Assembly (NCBI GenBank): GCA_030704615.1
Contig: CM060733.1
Span: 64,418,001 to 64,482,000 of the forward strand
Source of the DNA: Takakia lepidozioides
Lineage: Eukaryota; Plantae; Bryophyta
Direction of reading: 5' to 3'
DNA: 64,000 bases
Shown: piece after piece, positions 38,501-48,944 of the stretch
Layout of the letters: each line of letters begins with the position of its first letter
Numbering within the stretch: position 1 is the first letter of the stretch
Position numbers and translations under genes: made by a program
Notes under the pieces: model-generated
What the model was told of the DNA's origin: nothing
What the model saw: only the letters and a program-made list of their open reading frames with translations
Databases searched by the model: none

Positions 38501-40705
38501 TGTCTGCCATTTCCGATCCAATGTCAGGAGCTGGAAGAGAGTGGCTATTGCTAGGAAGGAACTTCAGTGCATTGAAACCTCACCTTCTCTTTCGCCTCAA
38601 CACATGCCGTTGAGAGGTGATGCAGTTTCTCCAATTGCATGGTCGGCTGCATGGCCCGAGAATAGTGTTTTGCAATCTCGGGGATGAAGTCCTTTCCAAG
38701 TGCCGGATCTGCAATTGCCACCAGCTTCACAAGCTTTGACTTGTATTTGGTTCTGGACTTGACACCGGCTTCCTTCAAGTGCTCAGTCAATGACTGCAAC
38801 GTTTTGACCTGCCCCTCACTTTCCATGAAGAAGCGTTTGGCATGGGCCAAATCCAGCTTGATGTTTGACTGCCAACAAAAACATGCAGAAGCGTTACATT
38901 CGATTCATGTGGAAAGATTACTGGAAATTGGGGAAGGATGAGCAGAGGGAAATTGGAGGACGACTTACTTCGTATATCACCTCCACCATTCCATCCATAG
39001 TGAGACGATACCATGTCCGGTCTGTTTTTGCAACGGCTTTCTGAATGAGCTCGGGCTCCAGCATTTCCGCAAACATCTGCGGATCAGTGAGACCAGTTTT
39101 CCTCACCCTGTACAGCATATGTGCCATGTGGGTATGCACGTACGCATTCTCAGTGACCCTGCAAGGCACACTCTCCAGTTCAGTACACGGAAGCACGGAA
39201 ACAAACCAGAATGGAAACCGAAATGCGGCACCGCATTTCGAACGTGCTAGGGAGGGTATGAGTATCTTACGAGTTGAGGTCCGCCATGGCATTCTTGAGC
39301 AGGGAGGAGTCTGCCGCCTTCACCTTCAGGATGACACACTCCACCATGTAATGCCAGCCAATGTGCTTGGCATGGTTCTGCTTGATGTACTCCCACCAGG
39401 CAAGAAGTCGGTGATTCCCGTCCCACACAAAGAACATTTTACCCGACATATGGCCGAAGTCTGGATCACCCTTCAGCGTCGCCTCGAATTCGTCGTTGCG
39501 AGTGTGCCAGTGGGTATCCCACGTTGACAATTCATCGGCAGTGGGTCCACGAGTTTCGCCGTCCTCATTCTCAATGGAAACGTAAAACGCTGCCGATCCC
39601 AGACGGTACCCTTCTCGAAATGCGAACTTGAGCTTATCCACATCTCCGGGAAGGGCCTGCCTGACGATGGGAAGGGAGACCATGCGACAGAGTGGGATTC
39701 GAAGAGTCCGCTGGAATACCCTGCTGCCCAGAACTCTGCCAATGCTACTGTGTGTCTCCTCCAACATTTTATCCGCTGCACTTTTGAAATCCTCCGGAGA
39801 CATGTCTGTAGGTGCCGGTAGTGGCTGAGCAGCTGGAGCATCCTCAACTGGAGCTGCACTCTGGGGCCTGTTGCGGGCAATTCTGCCATTGCAGAGGCCT
39901 CCTCCGGGCCTGCTTGCTCATCGGTGGTGAGGTCTTGCTGCGAACGTTGAGCGGCAGCACCCTCCTCCGGTACCAAATCGACAAAAACGGTCGATCCCAT
40001 TGCCTTCGCTGCAGCAGAGTCGGCCCCAACATCTGCAGGCGGGAAATCCTCCAGGAACTGAGCTTCAGCTCGTGGAAGCGGTTTTGCGGGAGATTGTTCG
40101 GCCGTCGCCCTGATTGCCTTCTGCTTCCTCATCCTTGCAGGTGAAGGTGTCTGCTGCAATTGAATCTGTCTTTTACCCTGCTGCTTCATTCGCGTTGGGG
40201 GGGGTGAATCGGCCTGAGCCGGTTCAGAAACCAGTAGAGGGACGGGCTGCTTCTTCTTCGACTTTGCTGGAGAAGGCCCGACCCCTGCTGGCGATTCTCC
40301 ATGACCGAAGAACGCGAGTCGATCTCTGGGGCTTTGAACTTGCCCTTCGAAGCCGCGTCTTTGAATCGCACAGGGCTAGGCCCGGCAGGAATACCCGCGC
40401 TCGGGGATCGGGTGGGTGTACGTGCTGCAGCTAGCTCCTCGGACTCTTCCTGCGGCTCTTCGGATTCCTGCGATCCCTCCAGCACGTCCACCTTTCCTGT
40501 TAGGCATGCAAACATGTTCTGCATTCAAGTCTCCTAGCATTCAGTCTAAGAATTACAGAAGCAAAATGGGGGGTTCGGTGCTCGATCAGCTGCGCGCAGC
40601 CCGATCGCATGGAGCTCTCACTGGTGGCTGGGTTGCCTGAGTGGCCTGCTGCTCGGAGATGGCAATCTCCTCCTGTAGACGCATCTGCTTCCTCCCCTTC
40701 GGCAT
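35591..40705 (-). CDS. Multi-exon ParB/Srx-like domain + beta-class N6A/N4C DNA methyltransferase-like fusion (copy B; some frameshifts; start codon uncertain)
   Basis: ParB-like IPLCRMVSLPIVRQAL..DVDKLK..FREGY ... FFVWDGNHRLLAW (DGNHR 39408-39422). MTase motif IV-like DMIILDIPDG (37061-37090), ARMVLDDRGCVVV, then RSPAFIQTIMETCTDVEGTVLDLICGT|GASMWAGRFSDRHLFAYEED (motifs X-I-II). GT-AG introns restore the frame. Confidence 0.78.
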
Positions 40706-41139
40706 TGGCCTACGTCCGAAGTATAATTTCCGGAGCTTGCGACGAGGTCTCCTGTCTGGTGCACGAACTCCCCCCTCTCAGGTTCGAGCAGAAGAAGAAC
40801 AGAGAGAGGGAAAAGGGGCAAAGAGTGCAGATGGAAAGGGCGCGAGAGGGGTGACTGAGGAGACACGACAAAAGTAGATGAAACGGCGGTGATGCACCAC
40901 TTGGGTTCGAAAGGGTTGGACGAAAGTGTCTCCTCGTGGACTTTGCGTCATTACGAAATTCGAATCGTTCAGGGTACGCCTGCCGTCCGAAAAACAAACA
41001 TCATTATCCAACGGTCAGGCCGCGCCGCCTCATGCCACTTCAGTCAGATAGAGTGCCGACATGTGCAGCAATTCCGTTGCTCCACGTGTTCACATTTCAA
41101 GGCATTTCCGTCCCAGCGTCTGATGAGTTGGAGTGAAAA

Positions 41140-42610
41140 TGCGAATGCGGCGCCGCATTTCCGTTAAGTACCATCACGAAGCTACACATCCGTACTTGTT
41201 GGAAGAAAATGCGGCACCGCATTTCCGTTCCACCTTCACATACCTTAGTTGTTGAACGGAAATACGGTGCCGCATTTCCGTCCCACAGCTCCATGTATGA
41301 GATACAAAAGGGAAATGCGGCGCCGCATTTCCGTTCTGGAATGTCGAAAGGTGCGATTCGGACGGAAATGCGGCACAACATTTCAGTTCCCGTGGTTCAT
41401 GATTTTCAATGTGAACGGAAATGCGGTACCGCATTTCCGTTCCCCTTCACATACCTTAGTTGATGAACGGAAATGCCGTGCCACATTTCCGTTCGGGAAA
41501 GTATAGAGGTCTCACCTGAACAGAAATGCGGTGCCGCATTTCCGGTCTGGAAAGTTTGAAGGTCTCACATGGATGGAAATGCGGCACCACATTTCCGTCC
41601 CACAGCTCCAGGCCTCATATACAAAACGGAAATGCGGCGCCGCATTTCCGTTCTAGAATGTCGGAAGGTGCGACTCGGACGGAAATGCGGTGCCGCATTT
41701 CTGTTCCCGTTGCTCACGATTTTCAGTCAGAACGGAAATGCGGTACCGCATTTCCGTTCTGTAGAGTATTAAGGTCTGACCTGGCGGAAATGCTGTGCCG
41801 CATTTTCGTTCCACAGCTCCATGCCTCACATACAAAACGGAAATGCGGCGCCGCATTTCCGTTTTGGAATGTCGGAAGGTGCAACTCCGACGGAAATGCG
41901 GTGCCGCATTTCCGTTCTGGAATGTTGGGAGGTGCGACTCGGATGGAAATGCGCTGCCGCATTTCAGTTCCGATGGTTCACGATTTTCAGTCAGAACGGA
42001 AATGCGGTACCGCATTTCCGTTCTGGATAGTATGAATGTCTCAAGCGGTCGGAAATGCGCTGTCTCAAGCGGTCGGAATCGCACTCGGCTCCATGCATCA
42101 GATACAAAATGGAAATGCGGCGCCGCATTTCCGTTCTGGAATGTCGGAAAGTGCGACTCGGAAGAAATGCGGTGCCGCATTTCTGTTCCCGTTGTTCATA
42201 ATTCTCAATCAGAACGGAAATGCGGTACCGCATTTCCGTTCTGGAGAGTATGAATGTCTTTAAGGACGGAAATGTGTTGCAGCATTTCTATCCCTCAGCT
42301 CCATGCATCAGATACAAAATGGAAATGCGGCGCCGCATTTCCGTTCTGGAATGTCGGAAAAGTGCGACTCGGACGGAAATGCGGTGCCGCATTTCTGTTC
42401 CCGTTGTTCATAATTCTCAATCAGAACGGAAATGCGGTACCGCATTTCCGTTCCACCTTCACATACCGTGCTTGCTGGATGGAAATGCGTTACCGCATTT
42501 CCGTTCTGGAGAGTATAAAGGTTTCCCCCGGACGGAAACTCGGTGCCGCATTTCCGTCGCTCTGGTGCATGACCAAGATGCAATACGGAAATGGGGCGCC
42601 GTATTTCGTC
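41140..42610. repeat. Array of ~28 palindromes GGAAATGCGG-YR-CCGCATTTCC, ~53-bp period, between the divergent genes
   Basis: Starts at ~41258, 41311, 41364, 41417, 41469, 41522, 41575, 41628, 41681, 41734 ... 42428, 42481, 42534, 42587. Higher-order repeat of ~210 bp. Confidence 0.96.
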
Positions 42611-42999
42611 CACCAGCAATCGAAAGAATCACTCGGGACGGGAAATCTGGAACCTGAATGGGTTGCATTGTTCCGAAACAACACAATTGCGGCCAGTCTT
42701 GATGAGCACAACTTGGTTGTCTGACCGTTTTAACTAACAGTACTGGCACTTGTCAGTGCGAACGTTCCTGTCTGCACCGAGAATACTGCTGGATCCACCC
42801 TCAGGAGAAACTGTCAGGAGATGTTATTTCGTCGCCGAATCGGCCATCATTGTCATACTTACTGGCTATGGAATCAAACCTCCCACCTTCATGCATGTAG
42901 CTTGAAACAATACTTTCCACTTCAATGTGCGACTTCCAATCGTCGATGGACTCTGCATGGTGCCTGTGAGCCTTGGTCTGTCGCTATACTGAACCTCGC

Positions 43000-45900
43000 A
43001 CTTGCCAACTTCGTGCGGTGTTCGATGGCTCCGAATTCCTACGCTATAGTTTGCTGTCCTCCGCAACTTGGGAGAGCCTGGATCCCAAACGAGGGAGGAC
43101 TTTGCAGAGTGACTGAAACTTACCTTTGTTCCAAATTCAAGCTCAAACCGGGCACAGTTTATTTGGAAGAAGAAAGGAAGGATGTTCCTGGACAGGTTGA
43201 CGAGACCATTGTCGTGCTAGGTAACGACGGAGGTTGCGGAATCGAATGGCACGTATCCCCATCAGACACCATCCTGTACTGAGCTGTGGGAATGCCCATT
43301 CCCTTTGAATCAGTCGCTGCCCACACCATCCACAAAGGAGTCCGGAAACCGACAGGCGGCCACTGCCAACAGAGAGGTATGCAACGATAATCATTCCCGA
43401 CCTGGACCGTCAAGACCCTCCATAGCTTCTCGTGTGGACGTATTCGACATTTCCGACGAGGAAGATGATTGCATTGAGGTACCCATGTCCTCCACACGGT
43501 GTTCAAATCCGGCATGGACGTCTCTGTAGGTGCTACGCATGTGCCCTCGAGCATAACTCCAACCCGGTCCATTGTGCAGCTCCTACGACAACATCACCTC
43601 GATGGTTCTCGCTCCGAGCTGGCTGCTCTCGACTATGCCAAATTCCCAGTCAAAAGGTAACGTTTCTGCCTCCCGAAGTCGATGGCAATGTCATCTTCGA
43701 GTTTCCACCTGTTTCTTCGTCAAACAAAGCCTCCGGGATGCTAACAGACATGGATCGAAAGCATGACGGACACCCCTGGTGTGTGACGAAGACCAGTAGC
43801 ACGAAAATTGCTGATGGTGTTCGTGTACGATATGTCCTCTATGCGGGGAAGCTGAGGTGCCTCAATCCCACCTGCTTCCACTTTCTCTCCAAAGGAGGGC
43901 GGAGAAACGAGATGGATTGGACTGGCACAACGCATCATCCATTCATTGTCTCCAGCCAAGCTCCTGCGGGTTCTTTCAAGTGTGCACATTGCAAAGAACC
44001 ACCGACGTGCATGTCCATGTGCAGAGCCAAGCAATATTACGTTATCCATTTGCTCCCGGACTTGACTAGAGCTTGCATACACGTTGGGGTCCACTGCCAC
44101 CCCTTGGCGAGAGGCAACATGCGTGAGGCTGTGCAGAAGCACACGACATCATAAAAGAGGAGGTGAAATTGAGCCCCGGAGCCAGACCAAAGCAGATTCA
44201 GCTGAAGGCAGCCCACAAGATTGCTCTTGGCAAAATCATGTCTGAAGATGGTTCCGACCGAGAGCCCTTGACCGAAGACAAGATGCGTGACCTCTTGGAG
44301 TCCGTCTCGCACGTTTGTAGTCCGAATGTGCGGAATCACATCGTATCTTGCAAGCAGGAGTTCGGCAGGGGGTCGGACATGTACTCAATCCTGGAGGTGA
44401 AACAACTGACTGGATATGACTACATCCAAGGTAGCAGGTTTCCAGGGCAAGGCATCGAATCCGATCGTTGTTACATTTTCAAAATGTCGACGTGTGGGCC
44501 TGGGAGTGGAGTCGACTTGGTCACTCGCATGACAACTGGAAACTTGTCGAATGCTTGGGTGATGTTTGATCACATCAAGCGAATTACAAACCATCAGTGG
44601 GTGACTATGGGTGCCATGTTTATGACTATCACTCCAAGAGGCTCATGACGATTGCAATCTGCGAGATGAAAGGGGAGGACACACAGTCCGAGATGCATCT
44701 GTGGGAGGGCATAAACGAGCAGATGGCAAGGGCGGGATTGCCAGAGCCCAATTTCAGGGGATTCATGGCAGACAACGCTCAGGCCAACTGGGCAGCGGTG
44801 CGGCGTGTGTACGGTGAGGACCCCAATGTTCCAATGGAGGGGAAAGAGAGATCCTGTGGATTCCATTGGATGCAGAGTCTATCCCACTACACTACAAATT
44901 TGTTGCTAGCTCATTCCAGGCTGAACACCGTGTCATTTGTACGGCGTGGAAGGATGCACCCACATTTGATGACGCGGAGGTTAAGTTTGCTATCATCGAG
45001 GCTTGGTGGAACACGTCAGGTGCAGTGGAGACAACCAATCTGGGAGCATTGCACAGCTGGTTGGGGTGGTGGCATTTTCGGTATCGACAGTTCGGACAGT
45101 ACATGCGGGAGGTAGGCTGCTGTCAATTTCGTTCATTTGTCTTTCTGTTACGGACATTTCGATTGGTCCCTCACCATTGTTTGTGTCCTTCTAGGAGCGG
45201 TGCTTGGATTCCGACACGGACATGCCGAACACGAATATGGCAGAATCGGTCCACTCCTCCTGGCGAGCGTCTTCTGCCGCACATCTGGTGGACGTAGTGA
45301 CGGCCACAACGGAGGACATCGACAGAGCAATCATGCAGCAAGCCACGTACTACAAGTTCCTGAGCGGCAAACAATGGGGCTTTGGGCCGGACAGGGAGGA
45401 ATTGTTGGTACGAACAGCTTCGAGGTCCAAGAATCCAGTGAAATGGGCGACAGCATTGCGAGAGAAGATCAAAGGGACGCCTCTGCACCGCAGAGGTGAA
45501 CACCTAGAGGGGGACGTCCGGACTCGCCCTGTCAGGCGGAGGATTGAAGAGGAACCCGGGTGCGAAGAGGATTCCTGGAGATCCGACAGGAACATTCGGA
45601 CAGCACCTCGAGGTCCCGTCATGTTGCCGCACAATGTGTCTTCCAGCAGTGGAAGCCCAAGAAATTCCAGATCGCCGTCGCCTTCAACCGGGGATTTCGT
45701 GCAAAAAATTCCCACCGCTCCCTTGCCCCAGATTCCGCCCGCTGTTATGCAGTATGGCCAAGCCATTGTGGAGACAACTGTGTCTGCATCACAGTGGAGA
45801 ATTGCTCGCACAAAGCCGTCGTTTCGAGGAAGGTGTTCCGCAATTCGTGTGGATACACGGCAACGTTGTTTAGAGATGATAAGGAGGAATCCAGATGGGG

Positions 45901-46624
45901 CTGTCCCTGCTCCTACTTTTACAGGAAGATTTGTCCATGCAAAGTTTGCGGAGGCGACAACCACCCAGTTTGGTTCTGCAGGCACGACATTATGACTTGC
46001 GTGTATGGAAAGCCCAAGTACGGCATACAAACAATGCCAGAGGCTCCCCTGGTGTGGCCGGTGGAACCAGGCTGCGATCTGAGTCAGGTTGAGGCCGACG
46101 CCCTTACCGCCGCAGGATTTCGGATGGTGCAGCGCACTGACGTCCCCAGAGAACCATTTCCGCTTCCACAGCCTCCACCACCGACCCCTGTGAGAGCAAG
46201 AACAATGGGACACGACAGCTCTAAGCATCCTACACACCGTTGGGGGAAACCGAAGAGGCGGCGACCTCCCTCAAAAGTGAACGAGACAAGGATGGGGAAT
46301 GCACTTCGGATGAACTGTACAATCCAGAGCTCGACAGAAGTGCCCCCACCAGGATTCGGGCGTGTGTATCAGATGGCCACGGCGGGCTCAGCTGTTCGCA
46401 ATGAGGTGTACACCATCACCATTTCAGAATTACCCACCTGCAATTGCACCGACTTCCAGATCATGGCGAACAAGGGGGCATCATACTGCCCTTGCAAGCA
46501 TTTGTACTACGTGTACCTAAAGAGACTCCGTTGTAATTCCACAACTCATCACTTCATACATGCACCAGGGTTGAGCCCCCAGGAGGTTCACACTCTTCTG
46601 AATATGGATCCAGGGGACCAGTGA
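43000..46624 (+). CDS. MULE-type DDE transposase with GCM/WRKY-like Zn DNA-binding domain and C-terminal SWIM finger (several 1-bp frameshifts)
   Basis: GKLRCLNPTC..CAHC..C..CRAK..HVGVHCHP. D1 WVMFDH, D2 FMAD, CGFHW, E in NTNMAESVH after the intron at ~45111-45195. SWIM CNCTDF..CPCKH. Confidence 0.88.
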
Positions 46625-47399
46625 GCTTGGCTTGCGGTCCCAATACAATGGTACGCCCATCCTTTTCGGATAGTAGAACTGTACTGCTGCCACCTCAGAC
46701 TCTGGCCACAGAAAGGTCCGACATATGTCTTGCCTACCAGTAACTTGTTTTGCTCGAACTAAGATATTACTATATCGTTCACTTGCTTCCACGTGCATGT
46801 ATTTTTGTATGTTGGAGGGTTCATGTTTTTCTGCTTTCCGAAAACTTGCTTTCCTCATTCGACCTCCGACAAGGAAATGCAGCGCCGCATTTCCAAGTAT
46901 CGTCGTAGGTACTGGTAGAGGCGGCCTTCGCCAACACCAAACCGCTCCGATATTTCGCACGTGCGAACCCTAATGCGGCACCTTATTTCCCAGTTCAGTT
47001 GCAAACCTTTCGCGCCGAATACCCGAAGAAGACAGAATTGTGAAGTACTGCAGATTGTATTGGTGCAGACTCCATTGGTTCAATCGCGGCAAAAGGGTCA
47101 GCTTCATTCCAATGTTAAGGCATGTAAAACCGCGGAATACTCTATACAGGCCAGTATGCGACATCCTTTTGCAGTGGTATACTGGATTTCCCGTTGCATG
47201 GTCACTTATTTCCATGAGCGGATCTAAAAATCCATGAGCGGACTTGTTACTGACGACATATCTTCGCCACATTACATGATCTGGAACGTCCAAAAACGGC
47301 AAGGTCAAATAAAAAAACTACTATTTTAATACTTGTTTAATCTGCCGCATTTCCAAATTTGGAGGAGTCCGCTCATGAAATCCGCGTATCTTAGACTTC

Positions 47400-47480
47400 G
47401 GCTCACCGCTCATGCGGCTCATGCAGCTCATGGCTCATGGCTCATGGCTCATGGTTTCTGCTCATGAAATAGTAAACCTC
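47400..47480 (-). repeat. Right TIR with (GCTCATG)n repeats
   Basis: Inverted counterpart of 32228-32290. Confidence 0.9.
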
Positions 47481-47490
47481 CCTTGCTGCA

Positions 47491-48850
47491 TAGGAGCTGG
47501 TCTATCCATGCGTTGTCTTTTGTAACCACTGAAGTCTGGTTTAGGGAGGCTATCTGAAAAGTTCTAGGTTTGAGTAGCCTTTCAATGTATCTGGCACCTT
47601 TGGCTTCACCCATTTTGGCAAGTACCTTAGCATCAGGATCTGCAGCAAACTCACAGGCAGCCTCCATGATAATCTCTCGAGTCATCTGAAAGGTTACATG
47701 TGCCAGAACAGCAGATCGAGCTGTTTTCATCATCCTCACCAAGAAATTATAATACTTGGTCTGAATAGAAGGAAATGCATCGTCAGGGAAGAACACCGTA
47801 AGGTTGTTTAGCATGTACCAAACAATGTGATCGAACCATGTTACACTTCCGATGCATGCTGATGGCGCACCACCTTGTCCACAATTGCATCTGATGTATG
47901 GCCTATGCCAGTTAAACAACCAAATTTTGTGGTTCTTAGATCTTGATGAACCAGTCGGGAGGTCATTTTTTGTCCTCAAAGTCATGTTGTCCCCCTTATC
48001 ACACATTTTGTAGTAGAAGGTCCTCAAAGGCCATGAGACAACAAGTGGTTCTTTTTTGAACCTCTGGAAGCCTTCTTTTGCATCTGCTGCACACCTATTG
48101 CGTTCTGCAGGTGTGAGGTAAGCCCATTTTACCCACATATCAATTGATATGGGAGCCATCAGATTGATGTTTGCATGCGAGTGCCACATCATGTGGTCGT
48201 TATTTGCTACCTCAAGCTCCACGGTCCTGGGAGGCAGCCAAGGGACGAACTGTAGGTTACCAGGTGTTGCTCCAGCAGCCCTCTCTTGCTCCACTTGAGA
48301 GAGCTCAACCTGCTCACAAAAATCCCTTACTGCATCCTTTTCTCCTTCAGGCAGAATCATATGTCCTAGAATAGGATGGTTAGTCACTGATGGAATAAAA
48401 TCTTTTTCCATGGCATTGGAAGATTTGTGTGTGGAAGCGGGCTGTTCATCATCCGGGTTTGCTAGCCTAAGTGCTTCTTCCAATTGCAGCTCTTTTTTTC
48501 TCCCAGTAAGACAGTTCACTAGCATCCTGGTCCAATATCTTAGCCAATTTGGCATTGTACTCCTTGAGTCTTTCAAGGTACTTGCCACCTCTGTTTGCAC
48601 AAATTCCAAGAGCTACCCAATCCTCCAGGGCTAATGTTTCAAGCAATAAAACAGGGCTGTCATCACCTGAACTGTTCATAGCTACGGAATCCATCGTTTG
48701 CACTGTGGAATGGAAATCACTTGGAGTGATTTGCAGCAAGGTAAAGGGGGTACTGCTGGAATTGGAGGAGGTAAAGGGGGCTGGTACCCCATTGTCATGA
48801 GGTCCTCGCTCCATACAGGGATGTGTTTGGTCACCTTCTGTCATGGCCAA
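47491..48850 (-). pseudogene. Unknown ORF interrupted by the MULE; continues at 32217-~31950
   Basis: The 386-aa ORF reads through the TSD. Removing the element gives continuous reading frames (..DQLLCSK|AGLVTIGEE.. or ..RMDRPAPMQQG|RAGNNRGRG..). Confidence 0.6.
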
Positions 48851-48944
48851 AAAAAGTGTGTTAGTATGTCATAAACAGTTCTGGAAATAGAAGGGAGAGT
48901 GACTGATAGTGTGTACAGACACCACTCAGTACACTGGTCTAAGG

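Larger units (their letters stand above)
32228..47480. mobile_element. Full-length ~15.25-kb Mutator-like DNA transposon (copy B) with cargo genes
   Basis: TSD CCTTGCTGCA at 32218-32227 and 47481-47490. Left end AGGGGCTGCTATTTCATGAGC vs right end (rc) GAGGTTTACTATTTCATGAGC, both followed by CATGAGC repeats. Contains a MULE transposase. Confidence 0.93.

Noticed and set aside
35591-40705. Bacterial contamination or prophage ParB-MTase
   Set aside because: The gene has spliceosomal introns conserved across paralogs and lies within a TSD-flanked eukaryotic transposon.
41140-42610. CRISPR array (palindromic repeat plus ~30-bp spacers; also 11549-13025)
   Set aside because: Spacers are related to each other through ~210-bp higher-order duplication. 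Repeats are degenerate and also dispersed in introns. There are no cas genes and the context is a eukaryotic TE.
46970-47308. Additional small cargo ORFs near the TIRs (also 32441-32743)
   Set aside because: No recognisable motifs and no second copy in the window to test conservation.
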